From an uncultured Candidatus Actinomarina sp. (GTDB lineage: Bacteria > Actinomycetota > Acidimicrobiia > Actinomarinales > Actinomarinaceae), in NCBI GenBank assembly GCA_902625455.1, contig CACOBL010000004.1, forward strand, positions 14,064 through 78,063: a stretch of DNA of 64,000 bases, written 5' to 3'. Position numbers and translations under genes: made by a program. This document shows, piece after piece, positions 25,033 to 34,881 of the stretch (positions are counted from its first letter, which is position 1; each line of letters opens with the position of its first letter). The notes below the pieces were generated by a model. That model did not search any database. It was not told the origin of the DNA and was given only the letters and a program-made list of their open reading frames with translations.

Positions 25033-25916
25033 TAAATAAATTAAAATTAGATGATTTTGAATTATCATACATAACTCAAGGAGAGGGGAGAGATGTACTT
25101 TTGTTGCATGGATTTCCCTCAAATATGTATTTCTGGAATGATATTAAAGAGGAATTAATAAAAGAATTTAGAGTTACAGTTGTTGAACAAAGAGGATATC
25201 CATTGTCTTCTATTAAAAATCCTATAATAAGTGACTTTAATATTGAAAATTTATCGTCAGATGTAGAAAAGTTAATAAGTAAACTAAATCTAACTAACAA
25301 TCTTGTAATTGTTGGACATGACTGGGGTTCTATTGTTGCCTGGTCGGTAGCTTCCAGAGGTAATGTAGAAATTAGAAAGTTAATCTCAATATGCGGTGGA
25401 ACTGAGTTTCCTTCATCAAGTGTGTACGATAATTTAACTTTTAATAAAAGACCACATTATATAAGTTCATTTCAAAATCCTGAACAATCAAATATATTAC
25501 TTTCTAAAAATCTCGATTTATTCTTTAGATCTGCATATAGAATTACTCCAAAAATTGATTACAAAAATTTTGATTTGTCTTTAAATAGTTTGTTTACGAC
25601 ATATAACTTGCAGAGTAAACTGCACAAGATAGACATAGAATCACTAGTTAGACATTTTAAAAATGGAATGCAACAATCAATTTCATGGTATTCGAATATC
25701 GATTTTAATGTAGAACTATCTAGTCAATGGAGAAGAGAACTAGACATTGAAACAATATTTTTATTTGGAGAAAATGATGCTGCAGTTAAATTAAATGAAA
25801 AAATGTCTAATAGATTAAAATTATCAGGAACAAAGGTAACAGTTAAAGAAGTTAAAAATGCAGATCATTGGCTACCATTAACTCATAAGGAGAGTGTAAT
25901 ACGTGAAATTGTTTAA
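25029..25916 (+). CDS. Alpha/beta hydrolase (epoxide hydrolase-like)
   Basis: LLHGFP, GHDWGS nucleophile elbow, C-terminal HW. Confidence 0.88.
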   Translation: MINKLKLDDFELSYITQGEGRDVLLLHGFPSNMYFWNDIKEELIKEFRVTVVEQRGYPLSSIKNPIISDFNIENLSSDVEKLISKLNLTNNLVIVGHDWGSIVAWSVASRGNVEIRKLISICGGTEFPSSSVYDNLTFNKRPHYISSFQNPEQSNILLSKNLDLFFRSAYRITPKIDYKNFDLSLNSLFTTYNLQSKLHKIDIESLVRHFKNGMQQSISWYSNIDFNVELSSQWRRELDIETIFLFGENDAAVKLNEKMSNRLKLSGTKVTVKEVKNADHWLPLTHKESVIREIV

Positions 25917-25925
25917 ATATTCAGT

Positions 25926-25953
25926 TTGTCCTATAATATATATTATGTTGCGT
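25926..25953. other. Candidate chromosomal dif site
   Basis: TTGTCCTATAA-TATATA-TTATGTTGCGT (11-6-11), intergenic, near the gene-orientation switch. Confidence 0.55.
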
Positions 25954-25954
25954 T

Positions 25955-26893
25955 ATGCTTAAACATATATTACATGATCACTTAGATGGTGGTTTAAGGC
26001 CTGCAACTGCATTAGAATTAGCAAAATCTATAAATTACAAACCGTTACTCGAAATAGAAGATGTTGAAAGTTTTTTTGATAGATCACTTTCAAATTCATT
26101 GGAAGAATATTTAGAAGCATTTACACATACAATTGCACTAATGCAAAATTTTTCTTCAATTGAGAGGATAGCGTTTGAAGCAGCTGAAGATATGCATAAG
26201 AACGGTATTGATTATTACGAATCAAGATATGCACCCTTTTATTCAGTAAACTCAAGTACAACTCCCCTAGAAGTTATTGATGCTATTAATTCAGGTTTTA
26301 AACTTGCTGAAGACTCATATGGTATTAAATCTGGTTTAATATTGTGCGGAATGCGTCATGATGCAGAAGATGTTATTAATGTTGCAAATCTCTGCGTTGA
26401 AGTTAAGGATAAAATAATTGGATTTGATATTGCAGGTCCTGAACTTAATTATCCACCTTCATTATTTAGTGAAAGCTTCAAAAAAGTTAAAGATACTGGT
26501 ATCAACATTACAATTCATGCAGGGGAAGGTGATGGTGTCAATTCAATTAATGACGCCCTTGAAAACGGAGCAATGAGAATAGGTCATGGTGTAAGGATTA
26601 TTGAAGATATAAATGATGAAAAATTTGGAAATACTGCATCAAAAATATTAGATTTACAAGTACCTCTAGAAATTTGTATCACTTCAAACATACATACAAA
26701 CATGTATGAAGATTATGATTCACATCCTATTGTTGATTTAGTGGATTATGGTTTTAATGTTTACTTAAACACTGATAATAGGTTAATGAGTAATACTTCA
26801 GTATCAAATGAGTTAGAAATTGCTAAAGGCTTAGGAATAGAAAATGTTGAAAAATTGCTTATGTATTCAGCTAGCGATAGCTTCTTTGACTAA
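25955..26893 (+). CDS. add: Adenosine deaminase
   Basis: LHDHLDGG, FDIAGPE, TIHAGE, RIGHG, NTDN. Confidence 0.92.
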   Translation: MLKHILHDHLDGGLRPATALELAKSINYKPLLEIEDVESFFDRSLSNSLEEYLEAFTHTIALMQNFSSIERIAFEAAEDMHKNGIDYYESRYAPFYSVNSSTTPLEVIDAINSGFKLAEDSYGIKSGLILCGMRHDAEDVINVANLCVEVKDKIIGFDIAGPELNYPPSLFSESFKKVKDTGINITIHAGEGDGVNSINDALENGAMRIGHGVRIIEDINDEKFGNTASKILDLQVPLEICITSNIHTNMYEDYDSHPIVDLVDYGFNVYLNTDNRLMSNTSVSNELEIAKGLGIENVEKLLMYSASDSFFD

Positions 26894-27199
26894 ATTTTTA
26901 TTGTCTTTTGTAAGAAAGTTATAAAACTGTTCTTCATTAATTAGTTTGAATGTACTCATTGGGTATAATTTTTTTGCTAATTTGATTTTTCGTTGCTTTT
27001 TTGTAATTAGTTTTTGATCCATAGTTGTAATTTCAATATATATATTCATGTCAGGTAAATAAAAATCAGGTGTGAACATCATTCTTATAGCACCACTTCC
27101 CCACTTCAAGGGAAAGCTCTTAGGTTCATAAATCCAATTAATATCGAATAAATCTAAATGATTAGCGAATATTTCTTCTGAATGATGGGCAAATTTCAT
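26867..27199 (-). CDS. Small PD-(D/E)XK-like protein (T7 endonuclease I-like motif)
   Basis: SE..FA..LD.....W.YEP, FTPDFYLP...YIEITT. Confidence 0.6.
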   Translation of the reverse strand: MKFAHHSEEIFANHLDLFDINWIYEPKSFPLKWGSGAIRMMFTPDFYLPDMNIYIEITTMDQKLITKKQRKIKLAKKLYPMSTFKLINEEQFYNFLTKDNKNLVKEAIAS

Positions 27200-27639
27200 T
27201 TATTAGCAGCTGAAGCTTTGTCAGGATAAAGTGACAATATCTCAGCTTCCGTTTCAGTGTGTACAGGCCCTAATGAAATTCCAAATACTGCTTGACCTTT
27301 TTTAAGTAAGTCAATCATTTGGTCGTTGTCAGATAAAACATAGATAGATGATCCATCAGAAAAAATAGAGACATCAGATATATTTGAATTTTTACCTAGA
27401 ATTTTATTTACATTTTTTAAAGCAATTCTTATTTTTTGTAAACTTACTCCAGCAGATCTTAATTTTTTTACTAATTTGACTAAGATAATGTCATTAAATG
27501 AATAGATTCTATGAAATCCAGATCCTTTAATATTCCTAACAGAAGCATCTATTAATTTCGTTGTAGTCCAATGATCTAGTTGTCTATACGATATACCCGT
27601 TATATTACAAACTTCTGGACCTGTGTAACCCTGCTGCAT
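27196..27639 (-). CDS. MerR-family regulator (Rv1830-like)
   Basis: GYTGPEVC.ITGISYRQLDHW, GSG..R.YSF.D, GQAVFGI. Confidence 0.9.
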   Translation of the reverse strand: MQQGYTGPEVCNITGISYRQLDHWTTTKLIDASVRNIKGSGFHRIYSFNDIILVKLVKKLRSAGVSLQKIRIALKNVNKILGKNSNISDVSIFSDGSSIYVLSDNDQMIDLLKKGQAVFGISLGPVHTETEAEILSLYPDKASAANK

Positions 27640-27677
27640 AAGATCAATCTACTATGATTATTTATTTTATCAAGGTT

Positions 27678-28157
27678 TTAGGAAAAATCGTTTGGATTAA
27701 CATTGTCAATGAAATCAATGAATTCCTCTAAGTCAACTGATTTTTCATCAAAAATTTCTATGGAATTATTATTAAATACCTCATAATCTACAGATATTTT
27801 TGATGAAGTTCTTAAAGCTAAAGCTATTGCATCGCTTGGTCTTGAAGATAACTTAACTTCACCATCACCAGTTAATAAACTAATCTCAGCAAAATAAGTT
27901 TTATCCTGTATGTCTGTAATACAAACTTCAATAATTTTTGAATTAAGTGATTCAATTATATTTACAAGTAAATCATGAGTTTGTGGACGCGGATGTACAA
28001 ATCCTTCTTGCGCATAAGCTATCGAAACTGCTTCAATAGTGCCAATCCATATAGGAAGAACTTTATTTGTATTTGGCTGTTGAAGAAGCATTATTGGAGT
28101 ATCAGTCTCTTCTTCTAATCGGATTGATCCTACCTCTACATAAACTTTACTATCCAT
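27678..28157 (-). CDS. Bifunctional nuclease domain protein (DUF151, Rv1829-like)
   Basis: LPIWIG..EA, RPQTHDL, SRPSDAIALALR. Confidence 0.92.
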   Translation of the reverse strand: MDSKVYVEVGSIRLEEETDTPIMLLQQPNTNKVLPIWIGTIEAVSIAYAQEGFVHPRPQTHDLLVNIIESLNSKIIEVCITDIQDKTYFAEISLLTGDGEVKLSSRPSDAIALALRTSSKISVDYEVFNNNSIEIFDEKSVDLEEFIDFIDNVNPNDFS

Positions 28158-28188
28158 AATTAAATTTTAGTTAGAGTCTCGTAAAAGA

Positions 28189-29265
28189 TTATCTATTAAA
28201 TATATTATTCAGAAATCTATTTGACCAATGAAATTTATATTCTATATTGCTTGAGGTATTTATTTTAAATTTTCTTTCTTCATTAATTTCCGAATAAAAT
28301 ATTTTGAATATATTATTTTTAATCTCTACGTAATAAGATATGTCTTCTTCATTTAATTTTTTAAAATAATAAAATTCATTATTATTTTTTATGAATTGAA
28401 TATTATTTGAATTTCTAATTGTGTATAACTGAGAATCTTTATCGAGTATTTTCAAATTACCATAATTATCTTTAGATATTTGATATAAAATTTTTGTATC
28501 TAAAAAATGATTTAGTTTTTCATCATCAACTATAGATTTATTTACTATCGTTATTATCTTCCGATTATTTTTTTGATTGTAACCAACAAACGTTAACCCA
28601 GCATTTGAAGTCCAACCTGTTTTAAGACCGATAAATCCACTGTCAATAATTAAATTTGTATTTTTATAACCATTTTGCTTTAATTTATCAAAATAAACTT
28701 CCTGTTTACTTGTAATGTCTAGAAGCTTTGTATTTTCTAATATGTAAATGCTTAATTTGAGTAGATCCTTAGCTGTAGTGAAATGATTTTCTTCGTCTAA
28801 TCCATCTGGATTAACAAAATTAGTTGATAACATTGACAAACTTTTACTTTTTTTGTTCATTTCTATAATAAATTGCTCATAATTAGAAAAAACAGAATTG
28901 GCAACAATATAAGCAGCATCATTAGCTGAATAGACTAATAAAAGTTCTAAAAGCTCCTCGGTGGTTACTGAAATGCCCTCAGGTATATATGCTACTTTTC
29001 CAGAATATGCATAATTTGCAGGATATGAGGTTATAAATTCATGATTTAATGGAAAGTTCTCATACAATATAAGAGCGGTCATTAACTTAGTTATTGATGC
29101 AGGCGCAATACTTGTATCAATATTTTTTGCATACATTATCTTTTCGTATTCATAATCGTATGAAAGATACACCTCAGCTGTTAAAGGTACGTCAGCTGTT
29201 TCAAGAGCACTTACAGGCTGAATAAAAAATATAAAAACTAATGTAAATATAATTATTTTTTTAAT
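28189..29265 (-). CDS. D-alanyl-D-alanine carboxypeptidase (peptidase S11) with signal peptide; probable ATT start
   Basis: ASITK (SxxK), SAN (SxN), KTG; frame extends 31 codons upstream of GTG 29172 to ATT, giving KKIIIFTLVFIFFIQPVSA. Confidence 0.88.
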   Translation of the reverse strand: MKKIIIFTLVFIFFIQPVSALETADVPLTAEVYLSYDYEYEKIMYAKNIDTSIAPASITKLMTALILYENFPLNHEFITSYPANYAYSGKVAYIPEGISVTTEELLELLLVYSANDAAYIVANSVFSNYEQFIIEMNKKSKSLSMLSTNFVNPDGLDEENHFTTAKDLLKLSIYILENTKLLDITSKQEVYFDKLKQNGYKNTNLIIDSGFIGLKTGWTSNAGLTFVGYNQKNNRKIITIVNKSIVDDEKLNHFLDTKILYQISKDNYGNLKILDKDSQLYTIRNSNNIQFIKNNNEFYYFKKLNEEDISYYVEIKNNIFKIFYSEINEERKFKINTSSNIEYKFHWSNRFLNNIFNR

Positions 29266-29822
29266 ATCAATCCTTTAATAATTTTTGTAAGGTTTTCAAC
29301 AATTACTTCTTCGTTTACATTTTCATCTTGGATCGTTGTTATCAGATAATCAGTGAAGCCCTCTGTTCTGTCAGATACAGATTTAATAGTTGTAAAATTT
29401 CTAGGTTGAAGTCCTAATTCTAAAAAGAAAGACCAAGATTTTAATCTCTCAAGGTCTAAATGATTATATATTTCCTTTTCTTCTTCAAACTCATATTTAA
29501 TCAGTTCATCATAATCTTTATCGCTAATCCCTGAATTTTTTAATATATCATGTTTACTGTATTCTGAAATAATTATTTTTTTATTATCTTTTTTAGTTAA
29601 CAAAGATGAATTATTTTTAATAGCTTTTAAACTATAAAATTGATTTTCTTGGAGGTCTAAAATTTTATTTATTTTCTTTAAATCTTTTTCTGTAAATATT
29701 CTGGTTCCACCGGACGATCTTTTTGGTTTTATTAAACCTTCTTTTTCTAAAAATCTTATTCTAGATATTGATACTGATGGATAACTTTTTTTTAATTCTT
29801 TAACTAATTGACCAATATTCAT
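29253..29822 (-). CDS. MerR-family regulator (Rv1828/FtsR-like)
   Basis: MNIGQ...SISRIRFLEKEGLI.P.R..GG.R; follows FHA gene. Confidence 0.88.
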   Translation of the reverse strand: MNIGQLVKELKKSYPSVSISRIRFLEKEGLIKPKRSSGGTRIFTEKDLKKINKILDLQENQFYSLKAIKNNSSLLTKKDNKKIIISEYSKHDILKNSGISDKDYDELIKYEFEEEKEIYNHLDLERLKSWSFFLELGLQPRNFTTIKSVSDRTEGFTDYLITTIQDENVNEEVIVENLTKIIKGLILKK

Positions 29823-29824
29823 AA

Positions 29825-30166
29825 TTAAACTTTTGTGAATAATAGTTGAAATTTTCCTATTTGTAATTTGTCTCCAGATTTAATAATTGCATCATTCGCA
29901 ATTAAATTATCATTTACATAAATTCCATTTGTTGAATTATTATCAGTTATTTTTACTTTCTCATTGTTTATATCAATTGAAGCATGATTCCTTGATACTG
30001 TTACATCATCTAAAATAATTTGGTGATTTAATAGTCTTCCAATAGTGTATTGACCATTTAGAAGTATCCATGAAGAAGACATTAATTCTAAATTTAATAA
30101 TGTGAGTAAGTACTTTATATTTTTATTACTTGCCTGCTTTTCTAGAGGTTTTGTATGATCATCCAT
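29825..30166 (-). CDS. FHA-domain protein (GarA/OdhI-like)
   Basis: IGR, LDDVTVSRNHA, STNGIYVN, LQIGKF; pgsA-FHA-MerR synteny. Confidence 0.85.
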   Translation of the reverse strand: MDDHTKPLEKQASNKNIKYLLTLLNLELMSSSWILLNGQYTIGRLLNHQIILDDVTVSRNHASIDINNEKVKITDNNSTNGIYVNDNLIANDAIIKSGDKLQIGKFQLLFTKV

Positions 30167-30689
30167 GCTTATATATTAAGTTATATAAATATTCAAAAGC
30201 AACATAAAAATATAATATTAATATTGCAATAGCTAACTCATTAATAAATAGAATTGAAATATCTGTATTAAGTACATATAGGCATATAACAACAAACATA
30301 AGAACCGTTGACAATTTCCCCTTATTAGAAACTTTTATTTCTCTTTTGCTGAATAGTACGATTAGAGAACCTATCAAAATAAGAATTTCTCTAACAATTA
30401 TTCCTGATAAAAAATAACCAGGAATAATATCTCTTATCCAAAATAAAAGAAGAATAAATACTACTCTATCGGTGAATGGATCAAGAATTATTCCTAACTT
30501 TGATACTAAATTGTATCTTCTTGCAACAATTCCATCTAATGAATCACTTAATCCAACTAATGCTATAAAAACTATTAAAGGAAGAACTTCAAAATCATTG
30601 GGTGTAAATCGAAAGAAAATGATTGTCACAATTACCAAACGAGATAATGTGATTAAATTTGGAGCAAGGAAAATATCCTTAAATTTCAA
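30159..30689 (-). CDS. CDP-alcohol phosphatidyltransferase
   Basis: PNLITLSR, DSLDGIVARR...G..LDP..D. Confidence 0.92.
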   Translation of the reverse strand: MKFKDIFLAPNLITLSRLVIVTIIFFRFTPNDFEVLPLIVFIALVGLSDSLDGIVARRYNLVSKLGIILDPFTDRVVFILLLFWIRDIIPGYFLSGIIVREILILIGSLIVLFSKREIKVSNKGKLSTVLMFVVICLYVLNTDISILFINELAIAILILYFYVAFEYLYNLIYKHG

Positions 30690-31639
30690 ATAATACCCTT
30701 AACATCATGAGTTGCAATATAATGCTCATTGCCAATATCAATCATTGGTTTATCAGATCCATATTTCTCAATCAATGAATCTAACTCTTCAAAATTTATA
30801 TCATACACTTTCCTATCATATGATGGGTCCGGAACAGGAATAGATGAAATCAATCTTTTAGTGTAAGGATGTACTGGATTATTTAACAATTCTTCAGTTT
30901 CGGCAATTTCTACAATCTTTCCATTAAACATAACAGCAATTCTATTACACATATATCTTGCAACCGCAAGATCATGGGTAATGTACAGATAAGAAACTTC
31001 TAAATCTTTAGCAAGATTTAACATTAAGTCCATAATTGAAATTCTTATAGATACATCCAACATAGATGTTGGTTCATCGCAAACTACAAACTTTGGTTTC
31101 ATTATAAGAGTTCTTGCTATTGATACCCTTTGTCTTTGACCTCCAGATAATTCATGGGGATACCTAGGCATATAATTTTCTGGTGGTGTCAAACCTACTG
31201 TTTGTAAAATTTCAGAAACTGCTTCTTCTCTCTCATCTAAATCACCAATATTATGAATATTGAGTGGTTCTAATATAATATCTTTAATAGTCCATCTTGG
31301 ATTAAGAGATTCATAGGGATCTTGAAAAATCATTTGTATATTTCTTCTGAATTTCTTTAATTCTTCCCCTTCAAGCTCATCGATACTTTGCATTGATGAT
31401 GTTTCATTATTGAAAAAATTAACCTCTCCCCCAGTTTTAGGATCTAATAGGCAAAGTGCTCTTGCAGTTGTTGTTTTTCCGCATCCACTTTGACCAACAA
31501 GTCCTAAACTCTCTCCAAAAGGAATTTCAAAAGTTATATCGTCTACAGCTTTTACCGTAGTTTTTTTTCTTGAAAAAAAGCCACCAGAAACTTCAAAATA
31601 TTTTTCTAAATTTTTGACTTCAATTACATTTTTTTTCAT
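30686..31639 (-). CDS. Peptide ABC transporter ATPase (OppF/DppF-like)
   Basis: GQSGCGKT, QMIFQDP, LSGGQRQR, HPYT. Confidence 0.93.
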   Translation of the reverse strand: MKKNVIEVKNLEKYFEVSGGFFSRKKTTVKAVDDITFEIPFGESLGLVGQSGCGKTTTARALCLLDPKTGGEVNFFNNETSSMQSIDELEGEELKKFRRNIQMIFQDPYESLNPRWTIKDIILEPLNIHNIGDLDEREEAVSEILQTVGLTPPENYMPRYPHELSGGQRQRVSIARTLIMKPKFVVCDEPTSMLDVSIRISIMDLMLNLAKDLEVSYLYITHDLAVARYMCNRIAVMFNGKIVEIAETEELLNNPVHPYTKRLISSIPVPDPSYDRKVYDINFEELDSLIEKYGSDKPMIDIGNEHYIATHDVKGII

Positions 31640-32614
31640 CTATCCACACTCCACGCAACATTTATCAGCAAAGTGTCCATCAGCAACTTCTATTAATCCC
31701 ATTTCTGAATTACCACTTTTACATTTGTCTGATGGGTCAGGACATCTTGGTGAAAAAGAACAACCATTTTCTTCACCTATCAAACTTGGGGGTTCACCCT
31801 CTAATGATCTTAATTTTTTCTTCTCGCCTACAACGGATGGGGTTGACTCTAATAATAACCGAGTATAAGCGTGTTTTGGATTGCTAAATACTTGATCTGT
31901 AGGCCCAATTTCAACAATTGAACCAGCATACATTACAGCCATTTGATCTGTCATTTCTGCAATAACAGCAATATCGTGAGAAATATAAATTAAACTTAAA
32001 CCTAATAGTTCTTGAACTTTTTTAATCTCTTTTAAAATCTGATCTTGTATAACAACATCAAGCGCAGTAGTAGGTTCATCAGCAATAACAACTTTTGGAT
32101 CACATGATAGAGCTAGTGCAATTACAGCTCTTTGTTTCATTCCTCCAGATAATTCATGAGGAAATCTATCCATTATCGATGAATCTAAGTCCACCATTTT
32201 AAATAAACTTTCAATTTTTTCAGTATTCTCATTTTTTGTATTGTTTGGATAATGCTCTCTAATTGCTTCCCTAATTTGCTCGCCCACCTTAACAACAGGA
32301 TTCCAAGCATTCATTGCACCCTGAAAGACAATACTAATTCCGTCCCATCGAACTTTTCTTAACTCTGATTCGGACATCCCAACCATTTCGATACCATCTA
32401 GTGAAATGCTGCCGCTGGATATTTTTGCATTATCAGCTTGTAATTGTAATAAACTCATTGCAACAGAAGTTTTACCACATCCAGATTCACCAACAAGTCC
32501 AAATGATTCGCCTTCTTTTACAGAGAATGAAACATTTTTGACAGCTGAAACATTACCGGCAAGTGTTTCATAATGCATGTTTAAATCTTTAACTACTAAA
32601 ACATCTTTAGACAT
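31640..32614 (-). CDS. Peptide ABC transporter ATPase (OppD/DppD-like)
   Basis: GESGCGKT, LSGGMKQR, DEPTTALD, Cys-rich C-terminus. Confidence 0.93.
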   Translation of the reverse strand: MSKDVLVVKDLNMHYETLAGNVSAVKNVSFSVKEGESFGLVGESGCGKTSVAMSLLQLQADNAKISSGSISLDGIEMVGMSESELRKVRWDGISIVFQGAMNAWNPVVKVGEQIREAIREHYPNNTKNENTEKIESLFKMVDLDSSIMDRFPHELSGGMKQRAVIALALSCDPKVVIADEPTTALDVVIQDQILKEIKKVQELLGLSLIYISHDIAVIAEMTDQMAVMYAGSIVEIGPTDQVFSNPKHAYTRLLLESTPSVVGEKKKLRSLEGEPPSLIGEENGCSFSPRCPDPSDKCKSGNSEMGLIEVADGHFADKCCVECG

Positions 32615-32616
32615 AT

Positions 32617-33690
32617 TTATCTCTTTCTTAATCTAGGATTGAAAACGTCATCTAATCCTCGACCAACTAAATAAAAACCACCTGCTAAGAATGTAACGGC
32701 TAGTCCAGCCGGTAATATTAACCACCAATATCTCATACCAGAAAATATAAATCCATCAGTTTGTGACAGATAAATCATAATCCCCCAACTCATATCGATA
32801 TTTAATAAACCAAGAAATGATAGAACTGATTCAGATGCAATTGCACCAGTAACACTGAATACCATAAATAACAAAGCAAGTGGAGCTACATTTGGTAAGA
32901 CATGAGAGAATAAAATTTTCATATTAGATCCACCCGTTATCCTTGCAGAATCCACGAATGGTTTAACTTTAACTTGAAGTGCTTGTGATTTTATAGTTAT
33001 AACTGATCCACCTAATCCGCCTAGTACTCCAAGAACAACAGCTAAATGCCATACTTTTAACTCTGCAAATGCAGAAATTATAAATAACAAAGGCAAACTT
33101 GGAAGCATTAATATTAAATCTGATTGTCTCATTAAATAAGCATCTATTTTCCCACCAAAAAAAGCAGCAATGGTGCCCAATATTGTAGATATACCAACAC
33201 CGAGTGTTGCACTTAATAAACCAAGAATAAACGCGACTTGGCTTCCTTCCATAATCTGGGAAAAGATATCTCTACCTAATGAATCTGTACCGAGTATATG
33301 TCTTCTTGAAGGAGGTGCAGGTTGTATAAACGTTTCATACATATCTCCTACCTCAACTCCAGGTGCCATATATAGTTTTTTTACATTGACCTCACCTTTT
33401 GCAGGGCAGTCTTGATAAGACTCGTATTTTTCTGTTGGATATTCTTTTGGACATTCAACAACAAGGAGTGTGTCTTTTATAGGTTCATAACCAACAACCG
33501 GGTCATAGACACCTTTATTCCAAATACCAGTAAGAAACAAAAATGGCTGCAGCAAAGCTAAAAATAAAAAGAAAATTACTATGTATAAACCAATCATTCC
33601 TAATTTACTTTGTTTGAAGAGTTGCCAATTTCTCTTAATTGCTTCTCTACGCAATTCTTTTTGTAAATCTTGATTAAAATTTTCTTCCAT
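32617..33690 (-). CDS. Peptide ABC transporter permease (OppC/DppC-like)
   Basis: HILGTDSLGRD, HVLPN, LSFLGL, NPRL. Confidence 0.92.
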   Translation of the reverse strand: MEENFNQDLQKELRREAIKRNWQLFKQSKLGMIGLYIVIFFLFLALLQPFLFLTGIWNKGVYDPVVGYEPIKDTLLVVECPKEYPTEKYESYQDCPAKGEVNVKKLYMAPGVEVGDMYETFIQPAPPSRRHILGTDSLGRDIFSQIMEGSQVAFILGLLSATLGVGISTILGTIAAFFGGKIDAYLMRQSDLILMLPSLPLLFIISAFAELKVWHLAVVLGVLGGLGGSVITIKSQALQVKVKPFVDSARITGGSNMKILFSHVLPNVAPLALLFMVFSVTGAIASESVLSFLGLLNIDMSWGIMIYLSQTDGFIFSGMRYWWLILPAGLAVTFLAGGFYLVGRGLDDVFNPRLRKR

Positions 33691-33692
33691 AA

Positions 33693-34865
33693 CTATCCTT
33701 GTGATTTAATCCTTATTCTTGGATCTAAATATGAATATGAAACATCTGCAAGCAAGTGTGCGATTAATGCAAAAACACCAACAAAAGAAAATGTAGCCAT
33801 AGCAACTGGAATATCTTCTTCTAAAACACTTTGAAGTAACAATTGCCCCATTCCAGGCCATGAAAATATCTGTTCTGTTAATACGGATCCATCAATAATA
33901 GTTACTATTGTAAAAATAAATGAAGTCACCACAGGAAGTAGAGCTGTTCTAGCGGCGTGTCTATCCCTGATTCTTTTTTGACTAATACCTTTAGCCCTAG
34001 CAGTTAATATATAATCCTCTTTTAGTACCTCCATCATTGTCGTTCTTGTTAATAGTGCTGTTCCCGCAAAAGCTACAACAGTCACAACCATCACAGGTAA
34101 TATCATGTGGAATGCGATATCAGATGCATATGGTTTTTGAATTAATGCATCACCGTTATTCCAATAAAAATAACTACCTGCAAATATTGTGATTAAACTC
34201 CCAAATCTAATATTTCTTCGAAGACTTAAAGATTCAATACCTCTAGATGCTAAATATGCTGCAAATTGAATCAATGAGATAACTACAGTAAATTTAATCA
34301 TCGATGTAAACACAACATCACTATCAAAAGGTGCGTCATACCATTTTTCAGGGTAAAGAAATTTACCTATTGGTAGCCAACCAAGCTTATATCCAAATAC
34401 CCAAAGCATCATTAATGCAAACCAAGGATAGAAGACTGTATAAGAAAATACCGAAGTAACTGTAATCCATGTTTCAGCTTTTGAACCTCTTCTCCATGCT
34501 AAGACTTTACCTATAAAAAAACCTGTATAAAATGCAACAATATTTACTATTGAAAATAACATCAAAGTTCTCGGAAGTCTTTCTGAAATTAATTCAATTG
34601 GAGTTTTTGGGAAATACTTATAAGAATAACCAAAGTCACCTTTAAAAAAATTAACTATATACATCTGTGTTCTCTCTAAAAGTGGCTTATCAAGACCATA
34701 AATTTCTAATACTCTTTGGTAAGCATCAGGAGGTAAATTTGGATTTAATAAAAGATTTGAAAATGCGTTTCCTGGAATGGCATTAAAAAGTAAGTAAGAA
34801 AATATTAAAAAAAGGAAAAAAACAATTGTCATTTGAAATGTGCGTCTAATGATGTATTCAGCCAT
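33693..34865 (-). CDS. Peptide ABC transporter permease (OppB/DppB-like)
   Basis: YGLDKPL, GDFGYS, EDYILTARAKG, FSWPGMG, LDPRI. Confidence 0.92.
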   Translation of the reverse strand: MAEYIIRRTFQMTIVFFLFLIFSYLLFNAIPGNAFSNLLLNPNLPPDAYQRVLEIYGLDKPLLERTQMYIVNFFKGDFGYSYKYFPKTPIELISERLPRTLMLFSIVNIVAFYTGFFIGKVLAWRRGSKAETWITVTSVFSYTVFYPWFALMMLWVFGYKLGWLPIGKFLYPEKWYDAPFDSDVVFTSMIKFTVVISLIQFAAYLASRGIESLSLRRNIRFGSLITIFAGSYFYWNNGDALIQKPYASDIAFHMILPVMVVTVVAFAGTALLTRTTMMEVLKEDYILTARAKGISQKRIRDRHAARTALLPVVTSFIFTIVTIIDGSVLTEQIFSWPGMGQLLLQSVLEEDIPVAMATFSFVGVFALIAHLLADVSYSYLDPRIRIKSQG

Positions 34866-34881
34866 AATTTACCTATTTATT

